Shown: positions 1-10,993 of the stretch, one piece after another | Layout of the letters: each line of letters opens with the position of its first letter | Position numbering within the stretch: position 1 is the first letter of the stretch | NCBI GenBank assembly: GCA_964187785.1 | Contig: OZ076417.1 | Coordinates: forward strand, 36,022,001 to 36,086,000 | Length of the DNA: 64,000 bases | Source: Amphiscolops sp. MND2022 | Taxonomy: Eukaryota | Reading direction: 5' to 3' | Notes under the pieces: generated by a model | Database searches by the model: none | The model's input: only the letters and a program-made list of their open reading frames with translations | Told to the model about the DNA's origin: nothing | Translations under genes and position numbers: made by a program

Positions 1-438
1 CCAAAAAATGAGGTTCTATGTAACGATAAGCGCCGGCGCTTGAACCGCAACTTAGAGTGGAGGAACTAGAACAGCGAATATAATCTGGGACTTAGATCTC
101 CGCGGCCCTAGCTCATTTTCCCTCCGAAGGAGCCAGTCCCAAGGTGGGGGAACCGTCTTGTAAGAAACTCTCTGGCCTGGTCCCAGTCTGTAACTGCTAA
201 AAGTAACAGGCATCTTGCATAACTCAAGACCACTGCTCAACTAGCCTTTAAAAATGGGGCTGAAAACAAGAGGAGGTTGAGCCATAGTATTGGAGAATCT
301 GATAAAATCGACATATCCAAATAGGTAAACATAGATGACCAAGGGCAGCTCTCGAGCATATCAATCTACATCGAAGAGAAATACAACAAAATTAACAGTT
401 TGAGTCATTTTGGTAGAAACTGACCTCGGCTCCTAGCG

Positions 439-805
439 CTAACGCTCGTCACCACACAGGACACTGCAAGGACACTCAGGCGAACATCTGGAACACGGGT
501 TTCCGGTACTATAGTAGTGTCGATCTCTTGGGATGGGCACAATACCGTGTTTTTTAGACGAAAGGTACGTCTTTTTTGTCGTTTTCTTGCGTTCGCTCTT
601 CGCGGGCGGCGATTTCTGATTTTTTTGGGGTGCTTTTCTGGCAGGTACTTCATCTTGAGCATGTTTGAGTGCCACGTCAGATTTGAACGAATTTTTGGCA
701 AAATTTCTGAACATGTCGAGTTGCAACATCGGTGGATATTGCTGTACCAGAGCTTGCCGTTACAGAAGTTCTTCAAAATAAGACTTCATGAAAGTGATCG
801 CTCAT
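439..805 (-). pseudogene. Decayed basic/Cys-rich ORF, possibly an accessory ORF of the degenerate element at the left end of the window
   Basis: ORF 439..729 ends ...KHGIVPIPRDRHYYSTGNPCSRCSPECPCSVLCGDER. An upstream ATG at 805 (MSDHFHEV) is out of frame. It lies divergent from the decayed zinc-finger gene, mirroring the ORF6/antisense-gene layout of the intact element. No recognisable domain. Confidence 0.3.
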
Positions 806-2404
806 TCGACTTGATTGCAGTTTCCGATTGTTTTCAATTTCAATCCCAAAAAAGACCATGGATGGAATTTACTATTTTTTACAAGTTGCAAGTTGAAGGA
901 AGTCGCACGATAAATCTGTTTCAAATGATTAGTCGAGTTGAGAAAGTCGAACGATCAGGTTAGTGAAAATGGAAAAAAAATCCAGGTTGAGAGATATGAA
1001 TCTGAGCGTGAACATGAGACCATTGCAAAAATCTAGTCACGCAGGTCCCTTAAGAATTCCGAAATGAAACGTACAGTGACTGGGCCCATATTGGGGGTAA
1101 AGTTGATGAATATACTGTTGTTTAGAACTGCAATAACAAATTGTTTTACGAGGCAAACTCTCATAAAGACTATATTCGTGAAGCTCAGTGATTTTTAAAA
1201 GGCTCAAGGTCCTTTTCCCTCCAAGTTGTTTTCTGATTTAATTAGGTACCTAACTTTCAATGTGTCCAAACTCTGATTGCTATTTTGAAAGTCTGCTGAA
1301 CTCCCCTTTTGATAAGTAGCAGAATTGCGTTGTCTGAGATCAGATTTAGGTTGATTTCAGTGTATTTTGTGGCTGAAACCGTCCTATGGATTCCTGTGTA
1401 GTCCCTTGGACCGAAGGTCCATCTTTGGGTTTAGATCGTACTCTATTTCAACAAGACAGTGCTGGAGCTGAGGGATCAATTGCTGGTCAACTCGGAGAAT
1501 TGAAGCCAATTTTAGTTTCATCTAATTTTGTAGTTCTAAGGCAACATGCTTCTTCAAATCTTCGATTCGAAAGATTGAATTTCTCTAGTCTTGCGAACTT
1601 CCTGTCTTGATCTGAATGCGCGGGAACTTGCGGCCGGGGAGTTTCCCCGCAAGTTCCTTATTGTTTCTTGATAACTTCATTTTCGATGGACTTCTTCTCA
1701 CCCCTTTTGTAGGCTCCTAATTCTACCAGTTAATTGAATCCTGAGGATCACTTGAACTTCTTTTTGTTTTTATCTCAAGAAGAGTTAATGACTTATGGAA
1801 GTGTTTAACATCAGCAATTCACAGCTAATAAAATCCATCAAAGACGTTTGGTCCTCTTGACGACATCAATGAAAGCAGCCAATCACGTGGCGTTGATGAA
1901 TAATTGAAGAAATACGATGAATGAAAACATGCTGGAAGCTAATTAATTGAAGTAACCGGGATTTTGTTTGATCCCAGGTACTAAATTGATTAGGTGGACT
2001 TGAACTTTTTGTATTTTTTGACAGGTTCCACAGGGCAAAAAATGTATTTAACTATTATTGAGGCAATAGCCTAAGTAACGCAAGAATCCTTAAAGAACTT
2101 GTCGGTAGCCATGACTTCCATTTTAATCAATAACAATTTAGCGTTTTTTTGTATGAATAAAATCTGCAGATGTAAAGTCAGGATAGTAATACTACCAGTC
2201 AATGTTTTGAAGCTGTTCTGTTCGGCATTATATTCAAACTAGTGCTTATTGTAGATGTTTTTTGGATATGTTCCTCTGCCACTCTGTCTGAAAACTCGAG
2301 AGGACTAACCCTCAATGACATTAGAGCATTTTCCATTCTCATCTGACTTGAATATGAACAAGACACCCGCTAAGCACCGTGATATTTTCCGCCTTCTTAG
2401 TTGA

Positions 2405-2640
2405 TTATTTTAGTTACTTGACTATTTTAGTTACTAGTATCTAAAATTGTCAACTTTACGAGTTTAGTAACTAAAATCTCCAAGATCTCCATCCACTACT
2501 TGACTATTTTAGTTACTTGAAGTAACTGAAGTACTCAAGTAGTGGATGGAAATTGTGGAGATTTGGCAGAATTTAGAAAAAAAACGCAACACAGATTATT
2601 ATGATTTTCTTCCCCCATTATATGGGGGCGGAAAATCACA
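2405..2640. repeat. Small fold-back/MITE-like segment
   Basis: 16-bp perfect inverted repeat TCCATCCACTACTTGA (2488-2503) / TCAAGTAGTGGATGGA (2535-2550); direct repeat ACTTGACTATTTTAGTTACT; imperfect hairpin TGATTTTC..CCCCCAT-TAT-ATGGGGG..GAAAATCA near 2605-2639. Confidence 0.5.
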
Positions 2641-4892
2641 ATTCCGTTTCTACGTCTTGAAAATATGGTTAAGTTTGTGCTTCAAGGAGTCAAATTGCAA
2701 GCTTGATCAAGGCTTTCATTTTGACTAAAATCGCTTTCTGCACCATGAAAGGTTCCAACTAAGCGTAAACATTTTTTAAATTTGCTTTTGAAAGCCTTAA
2801 AATTGCAGTAATATGGACTTTTACTCAGGAAGTGAACTGCTTGAGTTTATATCTTTTTGTTTGGGCAAAGAAATGAGTGGCCAACCACTTCATATTCAAA
2901 TGGAAGATTTGAAACGTTCCCCCACTGATGCGACGCATGTTGAGCCGACTAAAGCTAGAGACGGATATTCAGCAATTCCTTCTGTACATCCTTTCAGCTC
3001 ATCCAGATCAAACATAGCCAACATTCCATTTGCAGGTTACCCGCTTTTTGCAGCAGTTCATCTGGTCAAAATTGAGGAATTTGCTTCACAAGGACACTGA
3101 AGTCATAGCTGGCTGAGCATGAGTCCTATCTCGAATTTGTGGTTGGAATCCCTCCAGTCAAGGGGAGTACAAGTGACACGGTCGAGATTTCACCTACATT
3201 TAATTTGCAATTCTTTCAGAGATGCCTTCTGAGTTGGTACCTGTTGTCAACTTTTCGAACTCTCGACACACTACAGCTCTTTCTACAGACCTCCGGTGGG
3301 TCAAAACTGAAAAAAGTTTAAAAAAAAATACACTTCTGGACTGGACGCCAGCTATCGTCCATATTGCAAGCGCCACGCTTCAGTTTATCCGATTGGCAAC
3401 AGCAGCATCCCTTCTTCAGGGCCACTTCAGCGATAAGGGCAGGCGTCGTGTTGTCTGTTTCATTACTGAAGCAAAGTCGTCAATTGGCTCTCACATTTTG
3501 TAAGTTGGACAGCAACGGTCAAAGCTCGCTCAGGTATTATACTCGCCAGCATAGCAGACCAACCTTCATAAAAGTAACCTTTCCAGTGTCACGTCCTCAG
3601 TTAAGCCACAGACGTCAAATAAAGACCCCGCTCCGCTTTCGAGCAGCACTGGAACCACAATTAAAAGGTTTTTCAAGGAAAGCTCTCTAATCAACGTACC
3701 GTTTTGCGACCCAACAATCACTCTAAATGGGCTCAAATAAGTCACGAGGGCCTCTCTTGAGATGTTAAAGAGTGTTGTAAATCGTGTCAGCAGGTTTCGC
3801 GTATCTAGTCCTCAGACCAACACATCGCGATTTCAGGTCCAGACTCCTGCATCCAATGCGTCCGTCCTTGACTTTGACGCAGATACTTCTCAAGGCACAC
3901 CTGACCTTTATCGTAGTAAGTCCAGTTAAGGGATCCGCAGTGACCGTGACTTTGACAGTATGGGCACTCTTATGAGTATCCACAAATCTCCACCTCTGCA
4001 GTACAACTCCCCAGCTGCTTGTTACTGTCCAGATGAGCGAGTGACAGTCCGGGAGCACAGACCCTCGCATCTTCGAAGTAAGAGGCAATTTCTGATGAAC
4101 GAAAAAGGAGTTGAAAACGCCAAAAGAAGCCCAAAGTAACCCTTCAAATGCCGTCGCTTACTCGCTCTTGCATAATTTTGAAGGAAGAGTTCTTCGAAGG
4201 GATATCCTGGATCGCACCTTTGTTTGCGGATCAATTGATCCAAAGAAGAACCCTGCAAAATCTACTACCCGCTCTGCAAAGGAAACGTGTCCATTTTCGG
4301 GCATGGAGTCAAGGAGATTCTCAGGCATCATGCCACAGAAAGACAATTTAGACGAGACCAACGGTATAGCCACTTGAATCAATCCACTTGAGGACCCTGT
4401 CATCAAATCCATGACCCATCAAGTACGAGGCAGTGATTGACACCTTACCAGCTCAAGATTGAGTTGTCAAAGTTCAAACGCCAAACTTGTCGATATTAAA
4501 GAAACGTTGCGACTCGTTGCGAAACGTTGCAATCATGGCTTGCAATGGTCACATGGCATTTACATCAGAGAACGGAGTGAGGGTCCAGATATCTTTTCTT
4601 GGGCATTTTCCACCATTTTCTGGCTACATTGCTGCACTCTGGCGATACGTAGGTGTTGTCGTCGATCAAGAATGCTTATTCGACAATAGTTACAGGATAA
4701 TTTCCGCTGGAGGGTTGATATTTCACATCAGGGTTAACATTTCAATCTAAAATTAGTAGCTAATCAAATCAGGCTGCTATTGAGCTTAAGGTGCTTTTCC
4801 ATCATTTGTGTTTGCAGCTCTAAGAAGACATTGAGACGAACATAGTGATTAGTGGATTTAATTCAATAGATTTCGAGCGGCAGATAGTCTTC

Positions 4893-6805
4893 TGTCGCGC
4901 TATGACTAACGCTCTAACAAATAGAACAGAGCTTACTAATATTGAAATAACACGTGCAAAAAGAAACAGGAAATGGAACTAACGTTGTGTGTGGGTGAAG
5001 GAATGAAGGGAATAAAAAATGGCGGCCGCCATAACGCGGTGGCCGCGAAGGTAAATTATGGAGAAGTACTGCGAAAAAAGAATTGCACAAGTGAAGAATT
5101 CTATATTATACCGCGTATATTTGAAACAAAAAGCTAGTCGTGATTGGTGGCATGCGAACCATGCTTGCTATGCGGCACTCGTGAGAAGTGCTTGGCGGTT
5201 TTTATACCGCGAACGCGGGCGAGGAGATTCATTCTTCCACAACTAACAGAGCTTCAACTTAACAGCTCTCTTCCCTCTTCTCTTCTCTTCCTCCTCGTTC
5301 CCCTTACACTTATTCTCCCTTCTTCCCCTTTTATCAGAGCTTCAACTTAAATAGCTCTTTCACACTTTCCTTTCCTTTCCTCTTCGCTTCCTTATTTCTT
5401 ACTTTCCCCCTTTCTCTCCCTTTCACTTCTGATTTCCCGCTTAGAATTAAAAGTCTATTCCTTTTCACTTCTCACTCCTTGGCTCTCATCTCAGCCAATT
5501 TCTCTCGCTTCCCTTCACTTCACTTTGTTGACATCTTTCTTAGACTAATAAAAGTCTATTTCCCTTTCTCCCCTTCCTACTAGCTCACTTTATCTTTGCA
5601 AATTCTCAGTCCCCTCAACCAGAATTTTCTGTCTCAGAAAAATTCTCTTCGACCCAACTTAGTCCTCAGTTTGGTGAGTCGAAAATTGTCTTAGATTTTT
5701 CTACGTGGAGAGATTTTTCATTCTCCCGTTTTCTAACTTAAATTTAACTTGACAAATTTCTCCGTTGATTTTACTCAACGGTTGTATGAAATTTAACTTA
5801 ACAAATTTCTCCGTTGATTTTACTCAACGGTTGTATGAAATTTAACTTAGCAAATTTCTCCGTTGATTTTACTCAACGGTTGTATGAAATTTAACTTAAC
5901 AAACTTCTCCGTTGATCTTACTCAATGGTTGTATGAAATTTAACTTAACAAATTTCAACTCCCCGTTGATTTTACTCAATGGTTGTATGAAATTTAACCT
6001 AACAAATTTCCCCGTTGATTTTACTCAATGGTTGTATGGAAATTAACTTAACAAATTTCCCCGTCGATTTTACTCAACAGTAGAGTGAGAGTTAACTTGA
6101 AAAGTATCTCAGGAAATCCTGAACTAACTTATGGGGCTATCGTTACATTAACATTTATACACAAAATCTACATTTTCTATTTTATGATTTTCACCGTCTG
6201 AAAAGTCTAAATGCTATTCTAAATTTCCCTGAATAGAGACTAAAAATAAAAACTCTGCCGTTTAAACTACTACAGATAGTAAACAATTTTGTGTGGCGCT
6301 AATTTATTTTCCAAGATAAATGGAAATTCGCCTGAATATCTTATATTTTTGATCAATTGTAATTCACCCAAAGTACAAGTAAAAGCAATATTACTTTCAC
6401 AAGGAAGTTAAACCTGAAGTAAATTGAATCAACTGTAAAATTTAACACTGGAATAAATACTGTTCAGTGTTACTTTATCTATCTTCCCCTAATGTCTCAC
6501 GTGATATAATTCAACATTTATTTCCTATTCTTTTGTGTGGAAAACAGAGCTCATTTACGCATACTGCCTTGCACCTACTCACGCAATATCTTTTGTTCGC
6601 ACGTACACGCAAGGCACTTCCTTTCTAGTATTACACAGAGTAAGCTTTGAGACTTTCTTACCCACTTCTAATCAATAATAGAATAGTCGCTTGAAAGTAC
6701 TTTGCAAAATGCTAAAGAATCAGAACTGACTAATACTGATAACAACTGAGCAGTCCCGTGAAAAGAAAAAATAGTAAATAGTAAAATTTATCCATGCGTG
6801 CGACA
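4893..6805. mobile_element. 1913-bp solo-LTR-like insertion
   Basis: Begins TGTCGC and ends GCGACA (TG..CA, 6-bp terminal inverted repeat), flanked by 4-bp target-site duplication CTTC (4889-4892, 6806-6809). Removing it restores a colinear exon (ERQIVF*FFNLRFW vs ELKGLFLFMHVRFW). Contains a CT-rich tract and a minisatellite; no long ORF. Confidence 0.8.
5740..6080. repeat. Tandem array of about 7 copies of a 49-bp unit with an internal hairpin
   Basis: Unit AAATTTAACTTAACAAATTTCTCCGTTGATTTTACTCAACGGTTGTATG; units start at 5740, 5789, 5838, 5887, 5936 (54 bp), 5990 and 6039; CCGTTGA/TCAACGG stem. Confidence 0.95.
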
Positions 6806-7527
6806 CTTCTGATTTTTTAACCTACGATTCTGGCGCGAGAACCAGCTATGTCGCGTGTTCATCCGCCGAACTGGAAGTACAGTCGGGCAAACCGCAGCTG
6901 AGCTTTGTCTAATTTCATCTTCACTTGCGGCTATCCCAACCAATCATGCCTAGTTTTGTTAGCTGTGCCGGATGTTCTCTCCATCTTCCAACTGATTGAC
7001 AAGTGTTCCTGTTTAAGCATGGAAATCAGAACCCCGTAAAATTCGAAGGAATCTGAAAAGCCAAATTTCTGCACAAACACAGCTATAGTGTTATCGGACG
7101 CATCGACTTCTCTGTGTTGATATTTTCTTGTGACAACGTTAGGAGGGAGTTTTGAATTTAAGTGGACACTCTTCCACCAGAAAATGCCAAAGTGAATATA
7201 AATACGTCTTTATGTATACCTTTATTCCAAGCCCTGAGCGGTTTCTAAACGTGCTATATCTGCATCATGTTTTTGTTACAGGCCATTGAAGACTGTACCC
7301 AACACGTTTCACGATTACCGTCACTCTACTGACAATTGCTTGAGAAATGAAGCCAAGTCATCGAGTACTTGATTAAGTGTTCCATGTGACATGAGAGGCA
7401 GGGAATCATTTGACAGGTAATTGTCTTCCAGTCCTATGAATCTTTTGTCCTGACTACAGTTCTTGAAAGCAATGGTATTTAGGTCACAGTGTCTTGAGTG
7501 GTCTATGATTGGTGATGACCTGGAACT

Positions 7528-8069
7528 CCAAGTGAATTGATCGTTTTAAGATGTAATTAGCGTTTTACATAGTCTGAGTGAACAAAAATGCCAGTACGAA
7601 AATGACCTGGAACTGTTCTTTGGACTCCAATGTGATTGTGAGCATTTTCTTATCAGATCCAAGGTCCAAAATGTCAAGTGATAACCAAGTGAATTGGTCG
7701 TTTTCAGATGTAATTAGCGTTTTACATAGTCTGAGTGAACAAAAATGCCAGTACGAAAATGACCTGGAACTGTTCTTTGGACTCCAACGTGATTGTGAGC
7801 ATTTTCTTATCAGATCCAAGGTCCAAAATGTCAAGTGATAACCAAGTGAATTGATCGTTTTCAGATGTAATTAGCGTTTTACATAGTCTGAGTGAACAAA
7901 AATGCCAGTACGAAAATGACCTGGAACTGTTCTTTGGACTCCAACGTGATTGTGAGCATTTTCTTATCAGATCCAAGGTCCAAAATGTCAAGTGATAACC
8001 AAGTGAATTGGTCGTTTTCAGATGTAATTACCGTTTTACATAGTCTGAGTGAACAAAAATGCCAGTACA
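7528..8069. repeat. 157-bp tandem repeat, about 3.4 copies
   Basis: CCAAGTGAATTG recurs at 7528, 7685, 7842 and 7999; identical ORFs 7565..7834 and 7722..7991 are offset by 157. Confidence 0.95.
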
Positions 8070-8299
8070 CCATCAAACTCGGGCGGCGTTGTGTCATTTA
8101 TGGAAGTGTACTTCGCGAGACTAATCTTCACCAGATACATATATCGGGTAGTGCCTCAATTTGCAAGCATTTAGTCTGTGTTGTATATCTACTTTATTTT
8201 AACAGTCGGTTTTAGGTCCGTTTTTGAGTTTTGCTGATAGAGTTGCAGATTTCATTAATGTGGTTCCGTTCCATGGTACATTAGAAATCCCATTTAGTA

Positions 8300-9802
8300 T
8301 TTCTAGTTGAAAACTCCTCTTTTGTGTTTCTGAAAAAAATTACATTCAAAGAAAGGATGTGCGAATATTTTTTGTTGGCTACATATACATAAAAGGGAAA
8401 GCGACTTCCGACTTTGATATTGAAAGTCTTTCAGCTTGTATTGGCCGGTGATCGTTTTCGTTAGAATCTTTACTGACGTGCGTTCAAGTGCTGTAGGAGG
8501 AGCTGCTTTTTGATGCTGTGAGAAGGTACTTCGGGTCAAGTTAGTAGGAGACGCGACTTCAACCTATTGAAAAATATTTTCTGGAATCTGTCAATGTGTA
8601 TTCTGTAGCATATTCCAGTCCGGTAACTTCAAGGTAGGGTTTATGACTCGCAATTGAGCACGAGATAGTTGATCTGTCTGTCTGATTCAGTGCTGTGAGC
8701 AGAGATCCCTCATTTTTTCGTTTTTGGGGAGAATATCCACTTGCGATTACTCAATTTTGGAGTCCATGGGGGTTATATGGCACCTACTTCCAGTTAGTCA
8801 AAGCAGTGGTTGTACCGCGATCTGCTTGCTGTAGACAAAAAACTGTATCAAAGTTGGATTTGGCGGAACCAGCTTCTTTGCTACCAAATATGGGCAAAAA
8901 ATGTCGACAAAGATCGTACAATGCTCCATTGTTGTTTCCGTGTTAGTTTGCGTCAGCTTGATTAATAAATAGACCGAGTGATTTCCAAATCAGCTTGGCT
9001 TTGACTGTAGCGTTCTCGGGTACGGAAATTTAGTTCCGCGTCAAAAGTTATGCTAAGTTCTTTTGAAGATTTTGAACATCTGATTTCATCTTCTTGAATT
9101 TTCACGCCTTTCACAAACTAGTCATTTTTTTGATATTCAACGACGGGAAACTCCGTTTTGCTGCTGAAAGTTTTTGTGAGGCATGCATCAATTTTGTTGC
9201 AATCTTTGTCAAATTTGCTTCTTCCGCAGTCTCCATTGCTGTGGCGATTGAAGCGTCATCGTGTTCAAAAGGTTTACTGACACAGTCGTTGATTATGTCT
9301 CCGCAGAAATTATGAATAACAATAGTGACAGTACACTGCCTTGTGGCAGACTTACGTTCAGCATGTAAACTTCGGATTTCTAATCGTCGATCTTTATGAT
9401 AACTTATCGTTCATGTAGGACGAATTTTATAGTATCAAAGAATTTCACTGACACGTCGTCTTTCAAAAACTTATACAACAATCTCTCTAAGCATATTGAA
9501 TCAAAGATTCCTCCAGATCTATAAAAAGTGCGATTGTGCAACAATTCATATCTTTGTACGACTTCAAGTAGTCGCCTAGTGTGTATTTGTAACGACCGGT
9601 GGTTTTTTCAACTGAAACTCTTTTGTTCATCATGGAGTAGCATGGCTGATTCCAAATGGTTTGGTATTCAATTCTCTAGGTTTCTTTCGTACAGTTTAGC
9701 ACGTATGATTTGGAGGTAAATGGTCTATAGCTGCTAGCTTACTTGTAATCAATTTCATTAGCTTTCCGCAGGAAAACTACTCACTATTCTTCCCGATGTA
9801 TT
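8300..9802 (-). mobile_element. Degenerate non-LTR retrotransposon (LINE) reverse-transcriptase remnant
   Basis: Minus-strand translation with stops and frameshifts gives SYRPF (domain 1-like), ALFIDLEES (cf. ALFIDLxKAFDS), FEHDDAS (decayed YADD) and KELSITFDAELNF (cf. KxLGITFDxxLxF). Cut at 9802 by the Gypsy LTR. Confidence 0.7.
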
Positions 9803-10993
9803 TGGGGTTAGAGGGAATACGCTCTAGTCGTGTTGACGTGCTGTCAACAACTATATTTAATCTCAAGTGCTATTAACACTAAGTACCAGTACAGTGCTAC
9901 AGTCATTTTGACGTTTGGCCACAAACCATCTATATTTGACAAACAGTACCTACTTAGTTATTTAGTGCAGTCAATCTGACATTAGGTCAACATGTCATTT
10001 CATGCAATACCTTAGTATAGTTATCACGACGTAATGTAGTATTGCGTACATGTAACCACTAGTGCTACCAGTTATTGATATAACCCTTTCTAGTGCTATT
10101 TATAGTTGATGATGTAATATGACGTCATGTCTGCGCTTAGTTATTTATAGTATTATGACATCATTTGTATTTTATTACCATGACACCCCAAATAATGAGT
10201 GTCATGGTCCCCCAACTATATATACAAGGAGTCCGATGTTTAAAGGATCACTTTGTTGATATTGAAACGCTATATACAACCTCTTTGATTTGATTTGATT
10301 AATTGCAAAATTCACTGTTAGAAACGTTCAATCTTCTTGTCATGCCTTCTACCAGGAAGCAAAAGGCCAAAGAGAAACGTTCTAGACAATCTGACGTGAT
10401 GTCAGATATTGAAAACCTCGATGTAATGTTAGGAGCTTACTCGAGAAATGATTTAGTTGAGGATGAGAATAATACAGAACCTGAAGTAGACTTAGAATCA
10501 GGTAGACACCAGCGGAGTGAAGGCCAAACTGAAAATAACTTTAGGTCATTATTGAACACTAACCCGAGTGAAAATAGTGAGGTTACTGTAGAAACTAACA
10601 GGCTAATCAATTCAGAAATTTCTTCCCAAATGTCTCGAAAACTTGAGGAATTGAAAACAGACTTGAATTCTCATATACTTGATGTGATTAACTCCGCATT
10701 AGAGGAAAGAGTGCTTCCAAGCATCAAAAACGCTCTGGAAACCAAGAATTCAGCTAAAAACGTGAATTTGGACCTTCGGTCAGATGGACTGCATTCGAAT
10801 GATTTCAGCCAAGAACAGGCCCAAAGGGACCTAAGGTCATATGGACGGCATCTGGAAAATCCAACCCAAAGGTTTCAGGATGCCCAAAATGACTTCCCTA
10901 GGCTAGAATCGATGAGGAATAACCGTACAAATCATTGTAGAAGGAATTCAATAGATTCCAACAATAGTAATGAAAATGATGATGGTTATGACA
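9803..10993 (+). repeat. 5' LTR
   Basis: Matches 24443-25633 except 9890 T/C, 9974 A/G and 10704 G/A (by eye). Starts TGGGG and ends TGACA, followed directly by TGG. TATA-like TATATATA at ~10217; TGACGTCA (CRE-like) at 10120. Confidence 0.93.

Larger units (their letters stand above)
3650..8092 (+). pseudogene. Decayed, interrupted paralog of the Gypsy-borne antisense zinc-finger/hAT-like gene
   Basis: Frameshifted and stop-containing but colinear homology to 17497-21730. CKGNVSIFGHGVKEILRHHATER (4275-4343) vs CKGNVSIYGRGVKEILRHHGTER. Exon 2 starts AG|VLFHH at 4791 and resumes LRFWRENQLCRV at ~6823. Donor GT at 7192. 135-nt exon 3 at 7282-7416. Exon 4 contains LEWSMIGDDL. Exon 5 starts AG|AT at 8022 and contains CQYTIKLGRRC. 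The 5' limit is approximate. Confidence 0.85.

Noticed and set aside
517-963. 148-aa + strand ORF
   Set aside because: No recognisable motif; it is the opposite strand of the decayed minus-strand ORF.
5740-6080. 49-bp hairpin array as a CRISPR array
   Set aside because: Head-to-tail units with no unique spacers, no cas genes, and a eukaryotic context.
19-6147. 10-bp inverted repeat TGTAACGATA (19-28) / TATCGTTACA (6138-6147) as the ends of one element
   Set aside because: No TSD (TTCTA vs TTAAC), and the right copy lies inside the independently bounded 4893-6805 insertion.
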